Source: Helicobacter cetorum
GTDB taxonomy: Bacteria; Campylobacterota; Campylobacteria; Campylobacterales; BB28
Reading direction: 5' to 3'
Assembly: GCA_022729755.1 (NCBI GenBank)
Contig: DZAZ01000004.1
Span: 1 to 58,029 of the forward strand
DNA length: 58,029 nucleotides
The notes under the pieces: generated by a model
What the model was told of the DNA's origin: nothing
The model's input: only the letters and a program-made list of their open reading frames with translations
The model's database searches: none
Part shown: piece after piece, positions 11,101-19,126 of the stretch
How the letters are laid out: each line of letters starts with the position of its first letter
How positions within the stretch are numbered: the stretch's first letter is position 1
Position numbers and translations under genes: made by a program

Positions 11101-14100
11101 ACTGTCGTAATCTTTTACATCTGAAGATACAAAAACACTTGAATTAAAGTTTTTAAAATCGTACGGAGTTGTAAATTTAAACTCTAAAGTTTCAGTAATA
11201 TTCATTTTTTCAACATCAGCCAATTTACAAACCAATTGAGATGAGGTGATATCACAATCACTAATATCTAAACCTAAACTATTTGCTGAAATACTCAAAG
11301 TTGAAATATCAAAATTACTTTCTAAATTCAAAGTCAAAATCGTATTTTTTGCAATATCTGGTCCATTGTTTTTAAAATTAAGACTAAAAATAATCTCTTT
11401 TTCAAAATCTGATACAACAAAACCACTTGAAATAGTTTTAGTATAATTTTTATGGTCAGTTGCAGTTACTTTAAAATCACTAATTTCTAAATCAGCCATA
11501 TCATCGATATTAATCTTAAAATTTTTGCTATTATCGTTTGGATTTTCATCAACATTTTCACTTTTTATAACTATATTTTCATTGATAATCGGAGTTGAAT
11601 TTGTCGGAGTTATCACTTCAAAACTAAGATTATGCTCACCAATTGCTAAATCTCCACTATAACTACACTCAACAATTCCACTATTTGGAGTGTTCCAATC
11701 ACAACTCCAACCACTACTTACATTTGTAAAACCAGTAAAATTAGAGTCAAGCGGAATTGTAACTTTTGGATTTTTTGCGGGAGAATAACCACTATTGTTA
11801 AAATCTATCGCAAACTTAATGGTTTTACCAATATTATCTTTTATCTCTAACTCATTTGGAGCGACTACACTAGTAGTATTATTCATATCAGTTAATCTAA
11901 TCTGAACTAATTTCAAATCAGCAAAACCAACTTTTATAGTTTGATTAGTTTCGCTAACTGGGTCTGAATTTGAAGCATCTCCAACCAAACTTATATTATA
12001 TTCAGCCGAAGTATCTGGAGCTTTCAATTTTATACTCACATTTCGCTCACTATTAGCCGATAAATTGCCATCTTTACAATTTAGAGTGTTATTATATTTT
12101 GCACAACTCCAATTTATGCCATCGTCAGCAATAAAGTTATAATTAAATCCGTCCAAAAACTTATCTAAATCACTACTGATAGTAATATTAACTTCAAGAT
12201 TTTTTGCTTCTGCTGAAGAATTGTTTTTGATTGTTACATTGTAATCAAAAGGTTTGTTTAAATCCACATACTTTGGAAATGATGAGTTTATGTCTAAAGT
12301 TGAAGTTCCACCGCCTATATTTATAGTGTCTTTTTCGTCCACTTTTTCGGCATTATTAGCACTTACATTTATATCTATTCCAACATCTCCACTTTGGTTT
12401 GGAGCTGTTAAAGGAATTTCTAAGCTTTTTGTATTGCCTGAATTTAAATCGCCATCACTACAATTTAATGAATTATTTGCATAAGTACAACTCCAATCGC
12501 CTAAAGTGTGTGGATTTCCATCGCCTAAACTACCAAGCATTGAAACATCATCTATTGTTAAATTAAGTTCAAGATTTTCTGCATTTGCATTACCATTATT
12601 TTTTATTGAAATAGTATAATTAAAATTATCACCTATACTTATAGTTGATGGATTTGTGGAAGTTGTAATATCTAATACTGCAATGTCTTTGACGATAATT
12701 CTTTGAGGTTGACCTTTTCCCAATGTTTGGGTATCTAATTCACTTTTTGCAACAACTACACTATTAAAATCTTCATCGCTGTTTGGCGAAGTAACAATAA
12801 CTTTTAATGTTGAATAGTTTCCATCTTTATTAATATTTCCACTTAAGGTACAAGTTAGATAATCTGTAATATTTGTTGTTGGCGAACAAGTCCAACTATT
12901 ACTAGAAGTCACACTTTTAAACTTAAATCCATTTACAAAATTTATAGCAATTTTTGGATTTGTTTCATTAAAATTAGACATATTTGTAAGATTTATATCA
13001 AAAATTACATCATTAGCATAACCAACTCTTACAACTTCATCACTACTTTTTGGAGTTACAATCGTGTCAATTTTAAATTTTGATACAAAAATTGTTGGAT
13101 GAGTTATTCCCGTATCAAGACACTTCGGTACGATATTATTAAAATTCATTTTCAAAGTATCACTCACATAATTTACAATGTAAGTATTATTAATTTCTCC
13201 ATTTACTGGATAAGCTATAATGTCAGAATTATATAAATAAGCATCTTGTTGATTTACTAAAATTTGCCCACCATTATTTGCATTAGCACCAGTTCCTACT
13301 CTAACTTTTAATGTATAAAGACTGTCTATATAATCAACCTCATCATCGCCACTTCCATTTGTTTTTTGTTGATTATTTATATAAGTTCCAAAAGCTTTAT
13401 TATAAGCAAGTGGGGCATCAAAACTTTTTTCTATTTGTACTTTTTGTGCAGGTTCAGTTCCGATATTTGATACATTTACTTCAAAAACTAATCTATCACC
13501 CAAAAATACACTAGTATTTTCATCTATAATTGCACCATTTTTATACACATTTTCAAGATAACAAACTTTTGGAGAATAAAGCTCTGTTGCGAATGCAACC
13601 ATTCCAGGATAATATTGGTCACCAGAAGTTTCAAGTCTGATTGTTGTTGATGTTTGAGAATTTGTAATAATACTATTTCCAACATCAAAAACATCAATAT
13701 CAATACCCATATTGTTACTTAAAGTTGGATTTCGCAGGGAACTATTTCTAATTGAAGAATCAAAAACATTATCAATATTTGTAGAATCTACATTTTGAAA
13801 ATCACCATTTTTATCAGTAAGCTGGAATTTATCATCTTTATATGGTAAATCTCCCTCACCTGCAAATATAAAAAGTTGTGAATTAACATTCCCACTTGCT
13901 GGAGTTAAAAAGCCTGAAATATCTATATCAACTCTTCGATAATTATTACTGTCCTGAATATTTTTATAACCCACAAATACAGATGTATTTTTAAAACTAT
14001 CTTGTAAATCTTCATATACAACAGTTAATGCCCAAGCACCGTAATAATTTTTTGTATCATTATCTACAAATAAATCTGCAATTGTATAAGTTCCACTCCC

Positions 14101-16311
14101 TTGCACTAAATTTGTAATATTTTTATAACATTGATAAGAATTTCCATTATAATTACATCCTCCACCAATTAAAGCATCAATTTCTGTATAACTTGAAGAT
14201 GATGGAGATTTGAATTTTAATTTACTTATATTAACTCTTTCTTCTACACACACACTTTTCCATTTTGTACAAACTCCATTTTTATATTTTGTACACTGTT
14301 GTTCTGTTCTTACACACTCTTTAATATTAGTTGTTCTACCTTGCCAATTTAAAATTGCAAATTTTACTTTTGCATCAGGTCTTAACTCTAAATCTGCATT
14401 ACTTGAATTAAATGTTGAACTATCTCCATCTATATCTACATATTTAGCAAATACATCATTATTTGCTTTTGTAGAACTAGGAACACAATTTCCATTACTA
14501 TCTTTTTCGCATAAAACTGTATTTCCTATTAATTTTATACCCCCATATAAATTTGTTCTATAAGCTAACTCAAAATCTTTATAATTAGTATCTAAACCTG
14601 AACTATCTTGATTTACACTAATATACATAGTGCCACTTATACTTCCGTGTCCATCACTTACACTAAAAGTAAAACTATCATCATCATCATTGCTATAAGT
14701 GTGCATATACTCTAAATTTCCACTGTCAATATCTTCTTGTGTAAAAGTTTGAGCTGATGAGGTAATATCTATTGTGCCATTTAAGATTAAATTCCCCTTT
14801 GTTGGAAGTGAAGTAATACTATAAGTTAATTGACTAGCACTCTGTTCATTATCAGTTACACTTAAATTTAAATCTTGAATAGTTACTCTATCATTTTGAT
14901 TAATAGTCAATTGATTGTAAATTACTTTAGGAAGAGAGTTAATTTTAATGCTTAAATTTGATGAAATAATATTTACACCATCAGTTAAATTAAAATTAAA
15001 ACTACTGATATTGATACTTCCATTATTTTCAAAACTAACTCTTTTGTTATTTATATCATCTTGTGTAAAAGTTGCATTAATTGAGAGATTTACATCATTT
15101 AATTTGACAGAACCATTATTTGCCAAAGATTTTAAAGTGTAAATCAATTGTGCTGGATACTCCTCCACATCATTTGCAGGTAAATTTAAATATATAATAT
15201 CAACTTCAGAGTATTGATTTAAAGAAAGCTCAATTGGAGTTATAGTTGGTGCATCATTAACGGGATTTATTGTTATGTTCATAAAAGTTTCTAATGTATA
15301 CAAACTTCCATCATTGACAGTATATTTAAAACTATCACTTAATGGGCTTTCACTTCCATCGTGTATATAAGTTATTTTAGCGTCGTTTATGTCTTGTTGA
15401 GTAAATGTGTTATTTATTGCCAAAGCTACACCGTTTTTATATAAAACACCATTTGTTGGAATTAACAACAAAACATAACTTATTTCACTTGCACTCTGTT
15501 CATCATCAATTGTATTTAAATGAGTATTTTTAATCGTTGTCGTAGAATTCTCATCAACTGTAATCGAGCTTAATTGAACTGTTGGGGGAGTGTTATTATT
15601 CCAAACTCCTCTACTTGTATTACACGGATTATTGTTAAATGCCGTTAGCCAACAGTTATTAACATCACTACAAGTACTACCATCCTCTACACCATTTATA
15701 TGATTTCCAAAAGAACCATCAGGATATGCACAAAGTCCATTGTTATTTGCTGCATTTTGTTCTACATTTGTAGTGCATTGTGGAATAGTTGTTTTAGACC
15801 AATACCATTTGTCTTCTGTTTGTTCATTATTATTCCAATATCTAAGATAGTGAATTATTGTTGAAGTGCTTTTTATTCTAAGTAAAAATTCTCCGCCAAC
15901 TTGAGCAAATTGTAGATTACTATCTTTTGTTCGATACATTGCTTCAGTTAAAACTAAAAATGTTCTATCTGGCACAACACCATTTGGATACTTGGTTTTT
16001 ACTTGGTCGCCTGATGTTGCTCCAGCATTCACATAAGCCTCTGTTAAATCTATACAAGCAGGAGTTCCATTTGCTGCTGTATCTATATAACATAATTCCC
16101 AATTGTTTACATCCAAATTTCCACCAGAAACATTTAGAAGTTCAATGTAATTATTTGCATAATCATTTCCACTATCTTTCCATAACTGATTTAAATCCAT
16201 TTTAGGATTTTGCTCTGCAGTATTTTCACAAGTTCCAGCATCATTCCCACCAGCAACTCCCAAACTCACAAAAACCATCAACCCCAAAATAACACGAATA
16301 AAATTTTTCAT
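8146..16311 (-). CDS. Giant (2721 aa) secreted adhesin-like protein: lamin-tail-like domain, 3 cadherin/CSPG repeats, DUF3344-like domain, several DUF11-like Ig repeats, MshQ/DUF6701-like C-terminus
   Basis: Sec signal peptide; NYIELLNVSGGNLDVNNWEL; three TFTQxDIxxxxxxY/F repeats; repeated YTISIKNNGxxxAxN and W(S/T)C...C motifs; DPFAVRPEKF and YYGRVW near the C-terminus, ending RRIDW. Domain names from recall, not from a search. Confidence 0.75.
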   Translation of the reverse strand: MKNFIRVILGLMVFVSLGVAGGNDAGTCENTAEQNPKMDLNQLWKDSGNDYANNYIELLNVSGGNLDVNNWELCYIDTAANGTPACIDLTEAYVNAGATSGDQVKTKYPNGVVPDRTFLVLTEAMYRTKDSNLQFAQVGGEFLLRIKSTSTIIHYLRYWNNNEQTEDKWYWSKTTIPQCTTNVEQNAANNNGLCAYPDGSFGNHINGVEDGSTCSDVNNCWLTAFNNNPCNTSRGVWNNNTPPTVQLSSITVDENSTTTIKNTHLNTIDDEQSASEISYVLLLIPTNGVLYKNGVALAINNTFTQQDINDAKITYIHDGSESPLSDSFKYTVNDGSLYTLETFMNITINPVNDAPTITPIELSLNQYSEVDIIYLNLPANDVEEYPAQLIYTLKSLANNGSVKLNDVNLSINATFTQDDINNKRVSFENNGSINISSFNFNLTDGVNIISSNLSIKINSLPKVIYNQLTINQNDRVTIQDLNLSVTDNEQSASQLTYSITSLPTKGNLILNGTIDITSSAQTFTQEDIDSGNLEYMHTYSNDDDDSFTFSVSDGHGSISGTMYISVNQDSSGLDTNYKDFELAYRTNLYGGIKLIGNTVLCEKDSNGNCVPSSTKANNDVFAKYVDIDGDSSTFNSSNADLELRPDAKVKFAILNWQGRTTNIKECVRTEQQCTKYKNGVCTKWKSVCVEERVNISKLKFKSPSSSSYTEIDALIGGGCNYNGNSYQCYKNITNLVQGSGTYTIADLFVDNDTKNYYGAWALTVVYEDLQDSFKNTSVFVGYKNIQDSNNYRRVDIDISGFLTPASGNVNSQLFIFAGEGDLPYKDDKFQLTDKNGDFQNVDSTNIDNVFDSSIRNSSLRNPTLSNNMGIDIDVFDVGNSIITNSQTSTTIRLETSGDQYYPGMVAFATELYSPKVCYLENVYKNGAIIDENTSVFLGDRLVFEVNVSNIGTEPAQKVQIEKSFDAPLAYNKAFGTYINNQQKTNGSGDDEVDYIDSLYTLKVRVGTGANANNGGQILVNQQDAYLYNSDIIAYPVNGEINNTYIVNYVSDTLKMNFNNIVPKCLDTGITHPTIFVSKFKIDTIVTPKSSDEVVRVGYANDVIFDINLTNMSNFNETNPKIAINFVNGFKFKSVTSSNSWTCSPTTNITDYLTCTLSGNINKDGNYSTLKVIVTSPNSDEDFNSVVVAKSELDTQTLGKGQPQRIIVKDIAVLDITTSTNPSTISIGDNFNYTISIKNNGNANAENLELNLTIDDVSMLGSLGDGNPHTLGDWSCTYANNSLNCSDGDLNSGNTKSLEIPLTAPNQSGDVGIDINVSANNAEKVDEKDTINIGGGTSTLDINSSFPKYVDLNKPFDYNVTIKNNSSAEAKNLEVNITISSDLDKFLDGFNYNFIADDGINWSCAKYNNTLNCKDGNLSANSERNVSIKLKAPDTSAEYNISLVGDASNSDPVSETNQTIKVGFADLKLVQIRLTDMNNTTSVVAPNELEIKDNIGKTIKFAIDFNNSGYSPAKNPKVTIPLDSNFTGFTNVSSGWSCDWNTPNSGIVECSYSGDLAIGEHNLSFEVITPTNSTPIINENIVIKSENVDENPNDNSKNFKINIDDMADLEISDFKVTATDHKNYTKTISSGFVVSDFEKEIIFSLNFKNNGPDIAKNTILTLNLESNFDISTLSISANSLGLDISDCDITSSQLVCKLADVEKMNITETLEFKFTTPYDFKNFNSSVFVSSDVKDYDSSDNNTQILTVKNPFSQRDDKNFEKNTTIIIEGESDFISGSFDQVSSGSFQTGNGIAYATFIYNGFIRDADTKAIRSIEKLTINSTNFNCNFSGNGDCNLSYSQVENANGGYDLNYQINVNVTTLANGSLSISNIPSVMEADKSYWSLFVVYKKDSLNYMNAIEINEGFKEVNSSKDTNINFNYGGLTTYDGNSTLYEFATDGNKTNTTFKNSLLNRIPSSSDYLGSKTTITNNSMTYKEVDNDYYLSLVALQTRVVVPLAYYANIIGNSKENEDKKYVSINDEVNIEIDILSDVSKDINITFDVASSFDIDIAKSKFLSNINPNQDFTYKLTTKSSFTTEEPVISNVKVDFTISTIYGDFQFENFEIIELVNDKLKFYNKNPLFSVWEDANKYNTQKSDTNLTTKVAPATLKHFIAPIDEHIFDSNLTYKLNISLIDFNGNVIKTPNDLNLENISLDEDVRNLDLTSKNLSINKAYRFLKYKIDWQIFDGATAIKDIDGNDVTGTDFSDPFAVRPEKFSLEIPDTIRAGENFTMDLKALTDITSTNNYDENETFPSSFKIDYNVENTTNKGIFNYANKGNLQFENGVKLVEANLSEVGAFDINITDGDGAYENNPTNCTACNVENCYTLDGCPFACIDITSDSCGGLDLITSANDDISVYPYDFNISSDFIYPFSEQNWTYMAELSENINIQFDFNVTAKNMQGVTVKNFDTDIFYRSVNIPLTFTAEGLSTNFIYNTILNSIANNDLSGDANSFTNIFVNDFIFNSGESNKTIIFNVKRDSTIPLNPVNLKIEQPINVTLNSDMVNAETTYNSLISTTPLTLIENNATFYYGRVWAGDYETTGSSQPVDIKAEVYCRGCNDFVPNLRGNENDIYVYWYLNTQDTFTEISNISNINTSSGISNTSPNISNGIFNITITKDGSSSIEKANFEISTTPQYLWFNSYGIPNEPQFSVTFREDASSPTGTGVNENVDPSAITKRRIDW

Positions 16312-16322
16312 AACTCATCCTT
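16262..16322 (-). repeat. Junction repeat copy D (RBS/stop plus signal-peptide start of the giant gene)
   Basis: AAGGATGA GTT ATGAAAAATTTTATTCGTGTTATTTTGGGGTTGATGGTTTTTGTGAGTTT. Confidence 0.95.
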
Positions 16323-16800
16323 GATAATTAAAATGATGATTTTTTGCTATATCTCTAACTTTTTCATCAACTTTAGCTAAATCATCTATTATAGAAAACA
16401 CCATATCTAAAGCTTTTTTATCAGCTTTTAGCACTAATTTTTCCTCTACAATTTTTTCAAATTCATCTCTTGAATCTTTTATAACCTTTTTTCTATCATA
16501 AATAGAGTAACCAATTAATCCAAAAATCGCAGCTAAAAGTGCAAACATCAACGATTGCATAAATTCAAATCTTTTATTGACATCATCAAATCTTTTATCC
16601 ATATACTTTTGCATATCTTCAAATCTTTTGTCAGTATGTTTTTGGATATCTTCAAATCGTTTATTTGTAGCTTCTTGATTTGATTTTATCAACTCTATCA
16701 AAACTTTAATATCTGCCTTTGTAGCACCTTTTTCATCTTCTGCAAAGCTTAAACTCACAAACAACATAACCCCAAAAATAACACGAATAAAATTTTTCAT
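16315..16800 (-). CDS. Signal peptide + KRFE-repeat coiled coil + TM protein (DUF1640/CCDC90-like), paralog 2
   Basis: ATKADI motif, KRFEDxQKxxD repeats, TM segment, C-terminal helical tail ending YQG. Confidence 0.75.
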   Translation of the reverse strand: MKNFIRVIFGVMLFVSLSFAEDEKGATKADIKVLIELIKSNQEATNKRFEDIQKHTDKRFEDMQKYMDKRFDDVNKRFEFMQSLMFALLAAIFGLIGYSIYDRKKVIKDSRDEFEKIVEEKLVLKADKKALDMVFSIIDDLAKVDEKVRDIAKNHHFNYQG

Positions 16801-16811
16801 TGTTTAGCCTT
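16751..16811 (-). repeat. Junction repeat copy C
   Basis: AAGGCTAA ACA ATGAAAAATTTTATTCGTGTTATTTTTGGGGTTATGTTGTTTGTGAGTTT. Confidence 0.95.
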
Positions 16812-17283
16812 GATAACTTAAATTATGTTTTTTTAACATCTCTTGAACATCTTTATTATTTTTTGCTAATCGCTCAATAATTTCAATCAATTTTTCAACT
16901 ATTTTCTTATCGGCTTTTTGCTTTAGTGAATTATCAATCCTCTCTACTTCAACTTTTAAATCTTTTGCCATAATATCCACAACTTTTCTATCTTTTATAA
17001 GATATGCTATTGCAGCCAAGATTATTGTAGTTATAAAGCTTAAAAATATGAAAATAGTATCAAATCTTTTATCCATATATTTTTGCATATCTTCAAATCG
17101 CTTATCGACCTGCTCAAACCTTTTGTCCATATTTTTTTGCATATCTTCAAATCGCTTATTCATAGTCTCTTGATTTAGTTTAATTAACTCTACTATCATT
17201 CTAAGCTCACTTTTTTGCTCATCGGCAAACCCTAAACTCACAAACAACATAACCCCCAAAATAACACGAATAAAATTTTTCAT
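16804..17283 (-). CDS. Signal peptide + KRFE-repeat coiled coil + TM protein, paralog 1
   Basis: KRFEDMQKNMDKRFEQVDKRFEDMQKYMDKRFD, TM segment, KADKK...LAK...HNLSYQG tail homologous to 16315..16800. Confidence 0.75.
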   Translation of the reverse strand: MKNFIRVILGVMLFVSLGFADEQKSELRMIVELIKLNQETMNKRFEDMQKNMDKRFEQVDKRFEDMQKYMDKRFDTIFIFLSFITTIILAAIAYLIKDRKVVDIMAKDLKVEVERIDNSLKQKADKKIVEKLIEIIERLAKNNKDVQEMLKKHNLSYQG

Positions 17284-17294
17284 TGGTTAGCCTT
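17234..17294 (-). repeat. Junction repeat copy B
   Basis: AAGGCTAA CCA ATGAAAAATTTTATTCGTGTTATTTTGGGGGTTATGTTGTTTGTGAGTTT. Confidence 0.95.
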
Positions 17295-17520
17295 TTTTTG
17301 AATATAAATATTCTGGGTCAAAATCTGCACCGTTTTCCCACTCTATAGTATTATGAGATATTATAAAATTTTTAAACTTCTCTTTATCTTTCAATGGCTC
17401 AAAAATCTCACCATAAAGCTCATTCTCTAGATTTATGATTTTTTCAACCCCATTATTAAATAATATTTTTAAATTGTAATCACCTATGTGTTGGGCTTTT
17501 ATTATATGTAAAAACATCAT
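17287..17520 (-). CDS. DUF2442 family protein (partner gene of a putative toxin-antitoxin pair)
   Basis: LKILFNNG...GEIFEPLKD...TIEWENGADFDPEYLY pattern; directly follows the DUF4160 gene. Confidence 0.85.
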   Translation of the reverse strand: MMFLHIIKAQHIGDYNLKILFNNGVEKIINLENELYGEIFEPLKDKEKFKNFIISHNTIEWENGADFDPEYLYSKKG

Positions 17521-17787
17521 TTACTCTTTATCAAGAGGTGTAATTTTTTTTAGAGGTTTATGGGCAATGGCTAATTCCCAATTTTCCATCAACTCCTCTT
17601 TATGTCTTTCATACCACTCTAGCACAAGTGCTTTTGCTCTTGGATTCATTTTGCCTTTTATTAAACCAGTTTGTATATCTACACTTATCTCTTCATCCTG
17701 ATATATCGCATGGAAATGAGGCGGATTATGTTCATTTCGATAATTAAATACGATATGAATATTAAAAAATTGACTTATCTCAGGCAT
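17521..17787 (-). CDS. DUF4160 family protein (putative toxin-antitoxin pair)
   Basis: MPEISQFFNI...EHNPPHFHAIY...LVLEW...ELMENW...KKITPL; start reassigned to ATG 17787 behind GGAGGTG. Confidence 0.88.
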   Translation of the reverse strand: MPEISQFFNIHIVFNYRNEHNPPHFHAIYQDEEISVDIQTGLIKGKMNPRAKALVLEWYERHKEELMENWELAIAHKPLKKITPLDKE

Positions 17788-17842
17788 TATACACCTCCAT
17801 CCATAACATAACCCCAAAAATAACTCTAATAATAGTTTTCAT
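17780..17842 (-). other. Vestigial signal-peptide mini-ORF containing junction repeat copy A (17805-17853)
   Basis: AAGGCTAA AAA ATGAAAACTATTATTAGAGTTATTTTTGGGGTTATGTT... translates MKTIIRVIFGVMLWMEVYNA*; its stop overlaps the DUF4160 start (ATGCCTGA). Confidence 0.8.
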
Positions 17843-17845
17843 TTT

Positions 17846-19114
17846 TTAGCCTTCTTTAAATTTATTTGTATATTTCCCTTTTTGCAATATATACTCTTTA
17901 AATTCATCTTCAAATTTTTCTAAAAATCCGCTAATAACATCAGCAACAGCAACTCCAAAGACACAAATAGTTTTTCCATTCATAATAAAAGCGATATCTT
18001 TTAATATTTTTAAATCATCTAAAGTTGCATTACCTTCATAAATTTTATTTACAATTTTACTAGCCCAAGCACTTCCCTCGCGACAAGGTGTGCATTGTCC
18101 ACAAGACTCTTCGTGATAAAATTCAAGTAAATTTTTTAGAGTTTTAACCATACAAGTACTCTCATCTAAAACAATCATTCCACCAGTGCCTAGCGATGAA
18201 CCAGCCTTTTGAAGTGACTCATAATCTAGTGTTAAATTTTCTATCTCATTTGCTTTTAATATTTTCGTTGAAGAGCCTCCAGGTATGATGGCTTTTAATT
18301 TTTTATTTTTCCAGACACCTCCACCAATCTCTTCAATATATCGTTTCATAGCAAATCCAAAAGGTACCTCTTTCACACAAGGATTATTGATGTGTCCACT
18401 TATTGCAAATAGCAAAGTTCCAGCACTCTCATTTGTACCAATGCTTTTATAAGCATTAAAGCCGTTATTAATGATAAATGGTACAGTCGAAATTGTCTCA
18501 ACATTATTAACTATCGCATCTTCACCAAAAAGATAATCAGCTTCAGGCTTTTTTGGCTTAACTCGTGGGTGTCCGCGATTTCCCTCAATTGACTCTAAAA
18601 GTGCCGATTTTTCGCCACAAATATAAGCTCCAGCTCCACGATGAATTACTACATCTAAATCAAAGTTAGAATTTTTGATGTTTTTGCCCAAAAAACCATA
18701 TTGATATGCTTCATCGATTGCATTTTGAAGTGTTTTTGCTTGAGTTGTGTATTCACCTCTTATATAAATATAACTTTTATTTGCACCAATTGCATAAGCT
18801 GAAACTATAACTCCCTCTATTAATAGATGTGGGTCTTTTTCCAAAATTTGCCTATCTTTGCAAGTTCCTGGTTCGCTCTCATCTGAATTGACACAAAGAT
18901 AAACTTTTTTATTTTTATTGAGTAATTTCCACTTTTTACCAGTAAAACCTCCACCTCCACCTTTTCCACGAAGTCCACTTAAATCAATCTCTTGTACAAT
19001 TTCGCTTGGCTCTTTTGAAAAAGCTACTTCAAGGCTAGAATAAGCACCGTTTTGAAGTGCAACTTCGATTTTATAATTATCGTTTATTTCAAAATTTTTA
19101 CTAACTATTTGCAT
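17846..19114 (-). CDS. nuoF: NADH-binding FMN/4Fe-4S subunit NuoF (orphan)
   Basis: SGLRGKGGGG, NSDESEPGTCKDR, YIYIRGEY, GAGAYICGEKSALLESIEG, ESCGQCTPCREG and TIC motifs. Confidence 0.9.
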   Translation of the reverse strand: MQIVSKNFEINDNYKIEVALQNGAYSSLEVAFSKEPSEIVQEIDLSGLRGKGGGGGFTGKKWKLLNKNKKVYLCVNSDESEPGTCKDRQILEKDPHLLIEGVIVSAYAIGANKSYIYIRGEYTTQAKTLQNAIDEAYQYGFLGKNIKNSNFDLDVVIHRGAGAYICGEKSALLESIEGNRGHPRVKPKKPEADYLFGEDAIVNNVETISTVPFIINNGFNAYKSIGTNESAGTLLFAISGHINNPCVKEVPFGFAMKRYIEEIGGGVWKNKKLKAIIPGGSSTKILKANEIENLTLDYESLQKAGSSLGTGGMIVLDESTCMVKTLKNLLEFYHEESCGQCTPCREGSAWASKIVNKIYEGNATLDDLKILKDIAFIMNGKTICVFGVAVADVISGFLEKFEDEFKEYILQKGKYTNKFKEG

Positions 19115-19126
19115 TTTAACTCACTT

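Noticed and set aside
17788-17817. ORF-track N-terminal extension MGLCYGWRCI of the DUF4160 gene
   Set aside because: It is an off-frame reading of repeat copy A; the RBS GGAGGTG points to ATG 17787.
16262-17853. CRISPR array or integron attC cassettes as the explanation for the repeats
   Set aside because: The repeats are protein-coding, non-palindromic and ~0.5 kb apart; no cas or intI gene and no attC-like inverted boxes are visible.
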